Assembly: GCA_964588985.1 (NCBI GenBank)
Contig: CAZPQW010000016.1
Coordinates: 1 to 64,000 of the forward strand
Origin: an uncultured Solirubrobacteraceae bacterium
GTDB lineage: Bacteria > Actinomycetota > Thermoleophilia > Solirubrobacterales > Solirubrobacteraceae
DNA: 64,000 nucleotides
Direction: 5' to 3'
Shown: one piece after another, positions 33,113 through 43,515 of the stretch
How positions within the stretch are numbered: the first letter of the stretch is position 1
How the letters are laid out: every line of letters begins with the position of its first letter
The notes under the pieces: generated by a model
Told to the model about the DNA's origin: nothing
Databases searched by the model: none
Seen by the model: only the letters and a program-made list of their open reading frames with translations
Translations under genes and position numbers: made by a program

Positions 33113-33249
33113 GCCTCGATCATAGGTTGATAGCCGCCCGTCGCATCGTGTGCTGGCTCGTTCATGCTGCCAACCTACGGCGCGCTTGCGATGGGACTCT
33201 CGCGCGACCTGGCCGCCGAGCCGTCTGGAGCCCCACTTACTGTTGCCGC

Positions 33250-33972
33250 ATGAGCTGGCACACGGGCAGACTTGCGGCTTTCGACATCGAGACGACGGGC
33301 ATCGATCCGACACGCGATCGCATCGTGACGGCGGCGGTGAGCGTCGTCGGCGGCGGACAGCCCTCCGAGCATCGCTCGTGGCTGGTTGACCCAGGCATCG
33401 AGATCCCGGCCGGCGCTACCGCCGTGCATGGCATCACGAACGAGCGCGCCCGGGCCGAGGGGCAGGACCCGCGCGAGGCGGTGGAGGAGATCACCGCGGC
33501 GTTGGCCGAGCAGCTTCGCGGCGGCGTGCCGGTGATCGCTTTCAACGCACGCTTCGACCTGACGATCCTCGATCGCGAAGCCCACCGGCACGAATGCCAA
33601 GCGCTCGTCGACCGCGTAGGTGGAGAGAGCGGCATGCTCGTGATCGACCCTCACGTCCTCGACAAGCAGTTCGATCGTTTCCGGCGAGGAAAGCGGACGC
33701 TGGGCGCTGTGTGCGAGCACTACCGCGTCCCATTCGACGAGGCGCACGCCGCGGGAGCGGACGCGCTCGCGGCGGCCCGACTCGCGTACAGGCTCGGCTC
33801 GACGGTCGAGGAGCTGCGCGACCTCGACCTCCCCGCTTTGCACCGCGAACAGATCTCGTGGGCGGCCGAGCAGGCCGCGTCGCTGCAGGACTACTTCCAG
33901 CGCCAGGGCCGCAACGAGCACGTCGAGGGGGCCTGGCCGGTCATCCCCGAGGCTCTCCCGCAGGCCGCCTAG
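33250..33972 (+). CDS. DEDDh 3'-5' exonuclease (DnaQ-like)
   Basis: AFDIETTG, AFNARFD, AHAAGADA. Confidence 0.93.
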   Translation: MSWHTGRLAAFDIETTGIDPTRDRIVTAAVSVVGGGQPSEHRSWLVDPGIEIPAGATAVHGITNERARAEGQDPREAVEEITAALAEQLRGGVPVIAFNARFDLTILDREAHRHECQALVDRVGGESGMLVIDPHVLDKQFDRFRRGKRTLGAVCEHYRVPFDEAHAAGADALAAARLAYRLGSTVEELRDLDLPALHREQISWAAEQAASLQDYFQRQGRNEHVEGAWPVIPEALPQAA

Positions 33973-34032
33973 ACGCGGGCCGCCCAGCGGGTTTGGCTAG
34001 CTGCGCCCGAGCGCGATACAGTGCTCGCACCC

Positions 34033-34105
<73 letters not shown>

Positions 34106-34118
34106 TGCCGAGCGCTGC

Positions 34119-35369
34119 TCACCCCTCCCGCGCCAGCGCCAGCACCCTCCGCACAGCGTCGAACAGCGGCGCCGGCATCCGCTCGGGCGGCAGCGAGCGC
34201 AGACGTCGCCACGCGTGCTCGGGCTTGTGGTGGTGGCCGACGAGCCCCGCTGCGCCCTCGAAGTCGGGGATCAGCATCACCGTGTGCTCCGGTCCGGCGA
34301 GCTTCGCGATCCTCGCGTTGAGGCCGCGCATCGAGGCGCTCGGGCGTCGGCCGGTGGGCGCGTCGCGGTCGTAGACGGCCACGAACGGCACGCGCGCCGC
34401 CCTGCACACGCGAGCGAACAGCGGGATGTTCGACTTGCCGCCGCAAGCCACGATCGAGATCCCCTCGCGGTCGGGGTCGGCTCCGAGCGCGTCGAACACG
34501 AACGGGAACGCGAGCTTCTCCGTCTGCCCCTCCACCAGCAGCGCCGCGCGCGCGAGGAACAGCTCGCTGCGCTCCGCGTCGAACTCGCTCAGCACGCGGA
34601 AGTCCTCGTCCGGTGTGATCGGGTGCGGCTGCATGATCGTGGTGCCGCTCGAGGGGTGGCGCTGCACGAGCGCGAGCTCCTCCAGGCGCGCCACGTTGAG
34701 GAAGCTCGGCGAGTGCGTCGAGTAGATCACCTGGCTGCCGGCGTCCGCAAAGCGACGCAGCAGCCGATAGAGGTAGCGCTGCGCCTGCGGGCGCAGATAC
34801 AGCTCGGGCTCCTCGATCAGCAGCACCAGGCCGCACAGGCCGGAATCGCACGACGCCGCTATCGCGTTCACAAGCGACATCGCCGGCGCGGTCGCCCCGT
34901 CCCCATCGACGCCGAGCTGCTCTGTCATCTCCCGGGCGAGGCTCTCGACCGCCGGATCCGCGCCCTCGAGCCCGCCCGCCGACGCAAGCACCGCACCCGT
35001 CCGCAGCTCGCCCGGCAGGAACGCCACCGGAGGGCGCGCGCCGCCGTCGAGCCGCGCGATGTCCGGCGGACGCGACGTGAGCGACAGCTCGCCGCCTCCG
35101 ACGAGGGTCCCGTCGATCGCGATCTCTCCCGCGCCGCCGGCGAACGTGTCCTCCACGCCGAGCGCCCTCACCGTCGGATCGAGCAGCGCACGGATCGCGA
35201 GCAGCAGGTTCGACTTGCCCGCGTTCGCTTCACCCACGAGCGCGCACAACCGACCGGGCGCGATCGACACGTCGAGGGCCGAGCGAAAGCCGCGCACGCG
35301 CAGCCGCTGCAGGCCGAACTCCGCGCGCCCCTCCTCCGCAGTCGGCTCCTCCTCGGACACGTCGTCCAC
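34119..35369 (-). CDS. OLD family ATP-dependent endonuclease (ABC ATPase + TOPRIM)
   Basis: GEANAGKSN, LLIEEPE, STHS, LLVEGQTE, YDRD; start uncertain. Confidence 0.88.
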   Translation of the reverse strand: MDDVSEEEPTAEEGRAEFGLQRLRVRGFRSALDVSIAPGRLCALVGEANAGKSNLLLAIRALLDPTVRALGVEDTFAGGAGEIAIDGTLVGGGELSLTSRPPDIARLDGGARPPVAFLPGELRTGAVLASAGGLEGADPAVESLAREMTEQLGVDGDGATAPAMSLVNAIAASCDSGLCGLVLLIEEPELYLRPQAQRYLYRLLRRFADAGSQVIYSTHSPSFLNVARLEELALVQRHPSSGTTIMQPHPITPDEDFRVLSEFDAERSELFLARAALLVEGQTEKLAFPFVFDALGADPDREGISIVACGGKSNIPLFARVCRAARVPFVAVYDRDAPTGRRPSASMRGLNARIAKLAGPEHTVMLIPDFEGAAGLVGHHHKPEHAWRRLRSLPPERMPAPLFDAVRRVLALAREG

Positions 35370-35389
35370 CGGGATGCCGATCCGCCGAG

Positions 35390-36610
35390 CTAACCCTCGG
35401 AGGTGGCGATGTTCTCGAACACCGCCGCCATCCCCTGCCCCCCGCCGATGCACATCGTCTCGAGGCCATAGCGCGCGCCGCGCCGCGCGAGCTCGCGCAG
35501 CAGCGTCGTCATGATCCGCCCGCCGGTCGCGCCGATCGGGTGCCCGAGCGAGATACCCGAGCCGTGCACGTTGACGCGCTCGAGGCCGTCGGGCAGGTCC
35601 CACTCGCGCAGCACCGCGAGCGCCTGCGCGGCGAACGCCTCGTTGAGCTCGATCAGGCCCATGTCCGCCATCGTCAGGCCCGCACGCTCGAGCGCACGCC
35701 TGCTCGCGGGCACCGGGCCGATGCCCATCGTCTCCGGCGCCACGCCTGCCGCGGCCCACGACACGAGGCGCGCGAACGGCTTCAGTCCCATCTCGGCGGC
35801 CTTCTCGGGGTGCGTGACGATGCACACCGCCGCGCCGTCGTTCTGGCCGCTCGCGTTGCCCGCCGTGACGGTCGCTTCGGGGTCGGTGCGGCCCATGATC
35901 GGGCGCAGCTCGCCGAGACGCTCGAGCGTGGTGTCCGCGCGCGGGTGCTCGTCGCGGTCGATCAGCCTCTCCTCCTTGCGGCTCTTCACCAGCACCGGCA
36001 CGATCTCCTGTGCGAAAGTGCCGTCCTCCTGCGCGGCCACCGCTAGTTGGTGCGAGCGCAGCGCGAACTCGTCCTGCTCGGCACGCGGGATCGAGTACTG
36101 GCGGCGCAGGTTCTCCGCCGTTTCGATCATGCCGCCTGGCATCGGGTGGTTTATGCCCCCGGCGGTGATGCGTCCACGCACGAGGCGATCCGCGAGCATC
36201 ACACCGCCGCCCTTCACGCCCCAGCGCATGCCCGTGGCGTAGAACTCCGCCTGGCTCATGCTCTCCGCGCCGCCCGCCAGCACCAGGTCGGCCGCGCCCG
36301 TCTGGACCTCCATGCAGCCGAGCATCAGCGCCTGCAGGCCAGCGCCGCAGCGTCGGTCGACCTGCATCCCCGGAACCTCGATCGGCAGGCCCGCGTCGAG
36401 CGCCGCGATCCGGCCGAGCGCGGAGGCCTCCCCGTTTGGGTAGCCCTGGCCGAGGATCACGTCGTCGATCTCGCCCGTCGGCAGCGACGTCCGCGCGACC
36501 AGCTCGCGGATTACGGTGGCCGCCAGTTCCGTGACCGTCACGTCGCGGAACATGCCGCCGAAGCCGCCCACAGCGGTCCTCAACGGTTCGCAGATCACGG
36601 CTTCGCGCAT
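35390..36610 (-). CDS. Acetyl-CoA C-acetyltransferase (thiolase)
   Basis: RRCGAGLQA, NEAFAAQ, GHPIGATG, CIGGGQG. Confidence 0.96.
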   Translation of the reverse strand: MREAVICEPLRTAVGGFGGMFRDVTVTELAATVIRELVARTSLPTGEIDDVILGQGYPNGEASALGRIAALDAGLPIEVPGMQVDRRCGAGLQALMLGCMEVQTGAADLVLAGGAESMSQAEFYATGMRWGVKGGGVMLADRLVRGRITAGGINHPMPGGMIETAENLRRQYSIPRAEQDEFALRSHQLAVAAQEDGTFAQEIVPVLVKSRKEERLIDRDEHPRADTTLERLGELRPIMGRTDPEATVTAGNASGQNDGAAVCIVTHPEKAAEMGLKPFARLVSWAAAGVAPETMGIGPVPASRRALERAGLTMADMGLIELNEAFAAQALAVLREWDLPDGLERVNVHGSGISLGHPIGATGGRIMTTLLRELARRGARYGLETMCIGGGQGMAAVFENIATSEG

Positions 36611-36621
36611 CGCCGCGGAGC

Positions 36622-37449
36622 CTACAGCGAGATCTGAACCCGCCGGGGCCCGGTCGGGATCGCCGACTTCGGCGGCTTCGCGCCTTTCCCCGACCCGGAC
36701 GTACCGCCGGCGTTCGCTCGTGCGACGAGCAGCGAGAACAGCTCCTGCTCGGCGCTCGCGGGGAACGGCACGGGCAGCCCGAAGCTCAGCATTTGCACCT
36801 CGTCCTGGCCGTGGGTGAAGCCCACCATCTCGATGTAGAAGGGAACTTTCACTTCGTGAAGCGCGAACGCGCCCGTGATGCGCCACGCGAAAGTGCCGGA
36901 CGTGCCTGCCGCGGACGGCGTTCCGCTGCTGATCGACACGAGCTTCGCGCTCGCGCCGCCCTGTGTCTGCTTCGCGAGCAGCTCGCGCATGAAGCTCATC
37001 AGGCACACGCGCGCGTGGGCGCTGCGAATCGCCTTGAGTTCAGCGGTCGCCTGTGCGGGCGTCGCGACGATCGTGACGGACGAGCTCACTGTCAGGTGGA
37101 GGACCTGGGCGTGGTGTTCGAAGCTCTTCGAGCTCGCTTCGGCCAGCGCGTCGCTCGCGGCCTGCTCGCCCATGCAGCGCGCGAGCTTGTGTTCCAACTT
37201 CTTTTCGACCAGCGTGTCGTGTTCGTGTGCGCGCGCTGCCGTGAAGCCCGGGAGGTCGCTCGCCTGCAGGTTCAGCGTGACTGCGAGCCTCCGGGCGCGT
37301 GCTCGCGTCAGCCCCAGCTTGACGTGCGTGGAGGAACCGGAGACCGTCTTCGCGCCGCCGAAGTGCGCGCTCTTGCCGCACGCGACGAGGAGAGCTGCGG
37401 CTGCGAGCAGCAGGAGGATGACGGCCGTTCGGCGCAAGCTCAGACGCAT
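36622..37449 (-). CDS. Hypothetical lipoprotein
   Basis: Lipobox LVAC after a signal peptide. Confidence 0.8.
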   Translation of the reverse strand: MRLSLRRTAVILLLLAAAALLVACGKSAHFGGAKTVSGSSTHVKLGLTRARARRLAVTLNLQASDLPGFTAARAHEHDTLVEKKLEHKLARCMGEQAASDALAEASSKSFEHHAQVLHLTVSSSVTIVATPAQATAELKAIRSAHARVCLMSFMRELLAKQTQGGASAKLVSISSGTPSAAGTSGTFAWRITGAFALHEVKVPFYIEMVGFTHGQDEVQMLSFGLPVPFPASAEQELFSLLVARANAGGTSGSGKGAKPPKSAIPTGPRRVQISL

Positions 37450-38303
37450 AGCTCTCCGCGCCCGACGACCACGGCCGACCCGCCCACCTCGACCCTGTCG
37501 ATCCGCTCGCCGTCGCCCTCGGCCCACGCGTACAGCAGCGACGGGCGGCCGACCTCGACGCCCTGGCTGATCTCGATCTCCTCCCCGGAAACGATCCGTC
37601 CGTGGCGGTAGAGGTGCACAGCCAACGGGCCCGCGGCGGAGCCAGTGGCGGGGTCCTCGCCCACACCGAGCGCGGGCGCGAACATGCGCGTCTTCCAGTG
37701 CTTGCCAGCCCCGGCGAAGCAGTTTGCCTCCACCTGGCCCAGCCTCGCCAACGCGCCGAGGTTCGGGGCAAGCGCGGAGACCGCATCACGGCTGTCGAGC
37801 TCCACGTAGACGTGGCGGGGCCCGTTGCAGTAGACCTCCACCGGCAGGCCCGAGCGCTCCACGCCGAGCGCCGCGAGCAGCGCCGTCTCGTGCGCGAACG
37901 CCTCCCACGTGGGGATCGGCTGGACCATCCAGCCGGAGGCCACGCGATCCCCGTCCTCCCCCAGGCGCAGGCGCACGGGCACCAACCCGCCGGTCGTCTC
38001 GAGCGTGACGGTGTCCTGCCCGAGCGCCCGTCCGAGCACGATCGCGCAGCCGAGCACCGGGTGTCCCGCGAAAGGCAGCTCGCCGCCCGGCGTGAAGATG
38101 CGCACGCGCGCGTCGCCGTCTCCCTCGGCGGGGAACACGAACACGCTCTCCGACAGGTTCAGCTCGCGCGCGACACGCTGCATCCGCTCCTCGCTCACGC
38201 CGCGAGCGTCTGTGAACACCGCCAGCTGGTTGCCCTGCAGGGGCGTGTCGGTGAACACGTCCAGCAGGACGTATTCGAGCGGGCTACGCACTCGCGCGGC
38301 CAC
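37440..38303 (-). CDS. PhzF family isomerase
   Basis: DVFT..GNQLAV, NLSESVF, ELPFAGHP, EDPATGSA. Confidence 0.95.
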   Translation of the reverse strand: MAARVRSPLEYVLLDVFTDTPLQGNQLAVFTDARGVSEERMQRVARELNLSESVFVFPAEGDGDARVRIFTPGGELPFAGHPVLGCAIVLGRALGQDTVTLETTGGLVPVRLRLGEDGDRVASGWMVQPIPTWEAFAHETALLAALGVERSGLPVEVYCNGPRHVYVELDSRDAVSALAPNLGALARLGQVEANCFAGAGKHWKTRMFAPALGVGEDPATGSAAGPLAVHLYRHGRIVSGEEIEISQGVEVGRPSLLYAWAEGDGERIDRVEVGGSAVVVGRGELCV

Positions 38304-39090
38304 GCATCAGCTGCTTGTACGCGTCGGCCACGAGCGGGATGCGCAGGCGCGGCGCGCGGCGCATGACCCAGAACGCGGCGCGCAGGTGAGGACGGTCGAC
38401 GACCACCACGGGGCCACCCTTCTCGGTCGCACGCACGATCGCGCGTGCGACGTGGTCCGCGGACATCGCCTTCTCGGGCACGACGCCGCCGGTCGGTCCC
38501 CAGCGGTGCTCTTCCTCGAGCTGATCCGTCGCCACGTCGCCCGGGCACACCACCGTGGCGCTCACGCCGCTGCCGGCGAGCTCGTGCGCGAGCACCTCAC
38601 CGAGGCCGACCATGCCCCACTTGCTCGAGCAGTAGGACGCGTAGGAGGGTCCTCCGATCAGACCCAGCTCGGATGAGACGAGCACGATCCGCCCGCCGCG
38701 GCGCTCGCGCATGCTCGGGAGCACGCTCTGGGCGAGCCAGATCGCGGCTCCCACGTGCAGGCGGTAGCTCTGCTCGAAGTCGGCGGGCGTCACGTCCTCG
38801 ACGAAGTCGCGCCGCAGCACCCCGGCGCAGCTGATCAGCGCGTCGATCGGCCCGAGCGCCGCGCTCACCTCCGCGACCGCGCGTGAGCACTCGGCGGGGT
38901 CGGTGAGGTCGGCGGCGACCACGTGGCGCTCGCCCTCGAATCCGGCGGCGATCTCGGCGAGCAGCCCGGCGTTGCTCGCCACCAGCCCCACCTTGGCTCC
39001 TAGCGAGGCGAAGCGCTGCGCGGTCGCGAGGCCGATGCCGCGCGAAGCGCCGGTCACGAGGACGGTCTTGCCTGCGAAGCTCGCGCTCAT
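38284..39090 (-). CDS. SDR family oxidoreductase
   Basis: TGASRGIG, YCSSK. Confidence 0.95.
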   Translation of the reverse strand: MSASFAGKTVLVTGASRGIGLATAQRFASLGAKVGLVASNAGLLAEIAAGFEGERHVVAADLTDPAECSRAVAEVSAALGPIDALISCAGVLRRDFVEDVTPADFEQSYRLHVGAAIWLAQSVLPSMRERRGGRIVLVSSELGLIGGPSYASYCSSKWGMVGLGEVLAHELAGSGVSATVVCPGDVATDQLEEEHRWGPTGGVVPEKAMSADHVARAIVRATEKGGPVVVVDRPHLRAAFWVMRRAPRLRIPLVADAYKQLMRGRASA

Positions 39091-39135
39091 GGGGCGGAAC
39101 CTTAGTCCGCGCGCTTGCCGCTAGCGTTTGCGCCC

Positions 39136-39882
39136 ATGACCGAGGGCAAAGGCAGGGTGAGACTGCGTCAGGCGGTGCTCGTGGCGGGAGAGCTCGAGCC
39201 GGCGGCCGCGGCGCTGCGCTCGACGTTGCACCTGGGCGAGCCCTACCGCGACCCGGGCGTCGGCGCGTTCGGGCTTCAGAACGTGGTGTTCGCGCTCGGC
39301 GACCGCTTCCTGGAGATCGTCTCGCCGATCGCTGAGAACACCACCGCCGGCCGGTACCTGCAGCGCCACGGCGGAGACGGCGGCTACATGGTGATCTTCG
39401 ACATCGAGGACCAGGAAGACTTCGAGGGGACGCGATCGCGCGCGCTCGCGCTCGGAGTGCGCGTGGTGTTCGAGATCGCCCTGGAGGACATCGCGACGGT
39501 CCATCTCCACCCCGCCGACATGCGTGGCGCGATCGTCTCGCTCGATCGCTCGGACCCCTACGGCAGCTGGCGTTGGGGCGGCCCGGACTGGACGGGACAG
39601 ATCGGGACAGGCGCTGAGGGGCGGCTGGTCGGCGTCACCATCGCCGTGGACGATCCGTCTGCAGTCGCGGCGCGCTGGGCGAAGGTGCTGGGCGTGGCGA
39701 TGAGCGACATAGAGCTACCGACGCTGCTCCTGGACGAGGGCGAGGTTCGCTTCGAGAGCGCCACCGACGAGCAGTCCGAAGGACTGGCCGAGATCGCGGT
39801 GTCGATCCCGTTCGAGCTGCCCGGCGGAGCCGAGACGGTGGAGCTAGGCGGGGTGCGGCTGCGACGCGTTGTGGAGGCCTGA
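39136..39882 (+). CDS. VOC/glyoxalase-like protein
   Basis: RLRQAVL..FLEIVSP..GGDGGYMVI..HLHPAD. Confidence 0.8.
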   Translation: MTEGKGRVRLRQAVLVAGELEPAAAALRSTLHLGEPYRDPGVGAFGLQNVVFALGDRFLEIVSPIAENTTAGRYLQRHGGDGGYMVIFDIEDQEDFEGTRSRALALGVRVVFEIALEDIATVHLHPADMRGAIVSLDRSDPYGSWRWGGPDWTGQIGTGAEGRLVGVTIAVDDPSAVAARWAKVLGVAMSDIELPTLLLDEGEVRFESATDEQSEGLAEIAVSIPFELPGGAETVELGGVRLRRVVEA

Positions 39883-41466
39883 GACTTCGGGCATCGCAGG
39901 CACGGAGGTGGGCGCAAGACGGGCTTCGCGGCGGGCGGCGAGCTCGACCATGAACGCGTCGACCACGCGCGGGTCGAACTGGCTGCCGGCGCACTCGAGC
40001 AGCTCGTGCACCGCTTCGGCTTCGGTCTTCGCTTCGCCGAACGGGCGCGCCGCGATCATCGCGTCGAACGAATCGCACACGAACACGATGCGCGCCGCGA
40101 GCGGGATCTCCTCGCCGGCGAGACCGTGCGGGTAGCCGCTGCCGTCGAAGCGCTCATGAGTCGCGCCCACGATCTCCGCGACGTGCGCGAGCGCGGGGGC
40201 GGCGCCGAGGATGCTCGCGCCGATCGTCGGGTGGCGGCGCATCAGGTCCCAGTCGTGGCCGTCCAAGGGGCCGGCCTTGTGCAGCACCGTGTACGGGATC
40301 GCCATCTTGCCGATGTCGTGCAGCTCGGCCGCGCGGACGGTGTTCAGGAGGTCCCCTCCGGTGAGCCCCAGGCGGCGAGCCACGCCGTCTGTGAGCTCGG
40401 CCACGTGGGAAGAGTGTTCGTGCAGTCCGGGCTCGTGGGCGGCGAGGATCTGGAGCGCGAGGTCGCGGGTCTGCGTGACGGCGCTCGCGCGGCTGGATTC
40501 CTTGCACGCGTACATGCGCTCGTCCGCGAGCTGCAGCGCCATGTCGGGGCCGGAGGCCTCCTCGGGGAGCATCACCGACCCGTGTGAGCTGGTGATCGAG
40601 AACCCCTCGCCGTCCTCCGCGAGGGCGAGGGTGCAGGCCTCGACCATATCCTCGCCGCACTCGCCCCACAGCAGCGCGCAGAACTCGTCGCCGCCGAGGC
40701 GGTATGCGCGCCCGTCGGCGCCCACGGCGTGCTTGAGAGCGCGCGAGACGCGGCCGAGCAGCAGGTCGCCGCCGAGGTGGCCAAACGTGTCGTTGTAAGC
40801 CTTGAAACCGTCGAGGTCGAACATCAGCAGCCGCACCGTCTTGCCCTCGTTGGTGACGTGCCAGATGCCCGCGAGATCCTCGGCGAGCTGGCGACGGTTG
40901 GCCAGTCCGGTCAGCGGGTCTATCGTCGCCTCGCCGCGCTGGTGGAGTTCGGCGGTCTCAAGGGCCCACACGATCGACACCACCGCCACGAGCAGGGCGA
41001 GCGTGGTCATCACGGGCACGGGGTTCTTGAGCGTCTCGCCGGGGTCGAGCCCGAGCGTGACGACGAGGATCACCGCGACGGTCAGGGCGAGGCCCGCGAT
41101 CACCACCTGCGGGCGAAAGCGCGCCGCGACCATGCCGGCCGGCAGGACGAGCCACGGAAGCGCGGGACTCTTGGGGCCGCCGCTCAGGACGACGCCCGCG
41201 GCGAGCAGCGCCATCGTCATGAGGATCGCGCTCATGCTCACACGCTCCGGGTGGTCGCTCGCGGCCATGCGGCGGTCGATGCTCAGGAAGTTCAGCGCGG
41301 ACAGGCCGAACAGGACCAGCGTCCACCAGCCAAGCCAGGGCGTGGCGAGCACGAGGGTGACGCCCACCGCTCCCGATCCGACCTTGCGGATCATGCTCAC
41401 GCGGCTGTTCGCGTCGGCGACGCGCGCGCGGTCCATCTCGGTGGGGCAGAGCCAGCTTTCCGACAT
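39844..41466 (-). CDS. Membrane GGDEF + HD-GYP bifunctional c-di-GMP enzyme
   Basis: RLGGDEF; HDIGK; HERFDGSGYP; N-terminal TMs. Confidence 0.93.
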   Translation of the reverse strand: MSESWLCPTEMDRARVADANSRVSMIRKVGSGAVGVTLVLATPWLGWWTLVLFGLSALNFLSIDRRMAASDHPERVSMSAILMTMALLAAGVVLSGGPKSPALPWLVLPAGMVAARFRPQVVIAGLALTVAVILVVTLGLDPGETLKNPVPVMTTLALLVAVVSIVWALETAELHQRGEATIDPLTGLANRRQLAEDLAGIWHVTNEGKTVRLLMFDLDGFKAYNDTFGHLGGDLLLGRVSRALKHAVGADGRAYRLGGDEFCALLWGECGEDMVEACTLALAEDGEGFSITSSHGSVMLPEEASGPDMALQLADERMYACKESSRASAVTQTRDLALQILAAHEPGLHEHSSHVAELTDGVARRLGLTGGDLLNTVRAAELHDIGKMAIPYTVLHKAGPLDGHDWDLMRRHPTIGASILGAAPALAHVAEIVGATHERFDGSGYPHGLAGEEIPLAARIVFVCDSFDAMIAARPFGEAKTEAEAVHELLECAGSQFDPRVVDAFMVELAARREARLAPTSVPAMPEVSGLHNASQPHPA

Positions 41467-41575
41467 TGCACCCCCACCGTCGTCCGCCGGAGGGCATTGC
41501 TTGAAGGGCGCTAAGCGGCTGCACAAAAAATCTCAACGCTTACTTCGGAAGATACGAACAGGACGAATACGCCGT

Positions 41576-41833
41576 CTAACGGGACCTCAACTTCGTGGGC
41601 GAGAGGTCCGGGTAGGAACTCATGGAGATCCGACGCGCGACCCGTCCGCTATCGACGTCGGCGAGGTAGTAGAGGACGGAGAACGCGACGAGCTCCTCGA
41701 CGCTCACGCCCAGGCGTGCGCTTTCCTCCCGCACCGCCTCCCACGCGAACACGTCCATCGGCAGGTTGAGGCTGCGATCCGCATCGGCCTCCACCGCCTG
41801 CTCTGCGCCCACAGCCGCCCTCGATTGGATCAC
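41576..41833 (-). CDS. Small hypothetical protein, possible ribbon-helix-helix
   Basis: LNLPMDVFAWEAVREESARLGVSVEELV pattern. Confidence 0.55.
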   Translation of the reverse strand: MIQSRAAVGAEQAVEADADRSLNLPMDVFAWEAVREESARLGVSVEELVAFSVLYYLADVDSGRVARRISMSSYPDLSPTKLRSR

Positions 41834-41955
41834 GCCACACTTCTACTCAACGGGAGACGTCCGTCGATGTTCACGCGCGCGCGGACCAAAAAAGGCTGAA
41901 CTTTGCTCGCGCGAGGTGCGTTTCCGCGCACCGCCGTTCGGGTACGGTCAACAAC

Positions 41956-42945
41956 ATGAACCTCAACCCCCTCCGCCGCTCGCGGCCCACGCTCCCCGCC
42001 CCTCGCGCGCTGCTCACGCTCGCGCTCACCCTCGCCGCGATCGGCGCGGTCGTATCCGGGGTGGAGGCGGCCACGCCACCTGCACCGAGCGCGAGCACGG
42101 GGGGCACCTCGGGCGTGAGCTATTCGGCGGCGACGCTCCACGGGTACGTCAACCCGCACGGCCAGGCCACCGACTACGTCTTCCAGTACGGCACCACCCG
42201 CGCATACGGCTCGCAGACCCCCCTCGCCCCCGCCGGGAGCGGCACGAGCAGCATCCAGGTGACCCAGGCGGTGAGCGGGCTGCAGCCGCTGAAGACCTAC
42301 CACTACCGCATCCTCGCCACCGGCCCGGGCGGAGCGACGGCCGGCGGCGACCGCACGTTCACGACGCCGAAGATCCCGCTGTCGGTGGCGATCGTTGGCG
42401 TGCCCAACCCGGTGGTGTACGGAAGCACGGCGTTCGTCGAGGGAACGCTGTCCGGGACCGAAGGAGCCAATCATCTGGTCCAGCTCGAAGCCAACCCCTT
42501 TCCTTATGTGAGCGGCTTCAAGGTCGTGGGCAACGCCGAGCGCACGAACACCGCCGGCGGCTTCTCCTTCGCGCTTCCGGGGCTGCTGGAGAACGCGCAG
42601 ATCCGCGTGGTGACGCTGGGCAAGCCGCTCGTGTCGAGCCCTGTGCTCATCGAGGGCGTCGCGGTGCGGGTGACCCTGCACGCGCGCGCGACGAGACGCC
42701 GCGGCTTCGCGCGGCTGTACGGGACGGTCACGCCCGCCGAGGCCGGCGCGCTGGTTGGCTTCCAGCTGCTGAAGCCGGGGCACCGCTCGGTCAACGTCGG
42801 CGGCACCGTCGTCAAGCAGGGCACGAGCGCCGTCTCGAGCTTCAGTCGCGTGGTGCGTGTGCACCGAGGCCTGTACAAGGCGCTGATCAAGGTCTTCGAC
42901 GGCGCCCACGTGGCGGGCTACAGCGCTCCTGTGCTAATCCGTTAG
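41956..42945 (+). CDS. Secreted fibronectin type III-like protein
   Basis: Signal peptide; ATLHGYVNPHG..FQYG..SGLQPLKTYHYRI. Confidence 0.85.
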   Translation: MNLNPLRRSRPTLPAPRALLTLALTLAAIGAVVSGVEAATPPAPSASTGGTSGVSYSAATLHGYVNPHGQATDYVFQYGTTRAYGSQTPLAPAGSGTSSIQVTQAVSGLQPLKTYHYRILATGPGGATAGGDRTFTTPKIPLSVAIVGVPNPVVYGSTAFVEGTLSGTEGANHLVQLEANPFPYVSGFKVVGNAERTNTAGGFSFALPGLLENAQIRVVTLGKPLVSSPVLIEGVAVRVTLHARATRRRGFARLYGTVTPAEAGALVGFQLLKPGHRSVNVGGTVVKQGTSAVSSFSRVVRVHRGLYKALIKVFDGAHVAGYSAPVLIR

Positions 42946-42947
42946 GC

Positions 42948-43439
42948 GTGCGGAGAGCGCTGGAGTGGCTGGTTCCGGCGGAGAACCCGTCGGGAGCGAT
43001 CTACGGCGCGATCGTGATCGGCGCGCTGCTCGCGGCTGAGAGCGGCCGCCACGAGAGCTACGTCGGCACGATCGGCTCGGCCGCGATCGCGACCGCGCTG
43101 TACTGGCTCGCGCACGCCTACGCGAGCGTGCTCGGACGCCGTCTGGCGACCCACGAGCGCCTCACCGCGGGCGCACTCGTGCGCGCGCTGGGCCACGACT
43201 GGGCGCTCGTCCGCGGCGCGGCGGTGCCGCTGGTCGCGCTCGTGGCCTCCTGGATCGCGGGCGCCGCGCAGGAGACGGCCGTGAACGTGGCGCTGTGGAG
43301 CACCGTCGCGAGCCTGCTCGCCTTCGAGGCGATCGCTGGCATTCGCTCGCATGCGAAGCCGGGGGAGCTGGTGCTCGAGATGAGCGTGGGGGTCACGATG
43401 GGCGTCGCGATCCTCGCGCTGAAGATCGTCCTGCACTAA
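42948..43439 (+). CDS. Integral membrane hypothetical protein
   Basis: AIYGAIV..WLAHAYA..LKIVLH; several TM segments. Confidence 0.8.
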   Translation: MRRALEWLVPAENPSGAIYGAIVIGALLAAESGRHESYVGTIGSAAIATALYWLAHAYASVLGRRLATHERLTAGALVRALGHDWALVRGAAVPLVALVASWIAGAAQETAVNVALWSTVASLLAFEAIAGIRSHAKPGELVLEMSVGVTMGVAILALKIVLH

Positions 43440-43515
43440 ACAGCCCATTCTGCGGAACGAATTGGCTGTAGACAAAAAACCGCTGACATGGAATGATCTG
43501 TGATCGTCGGATCGT

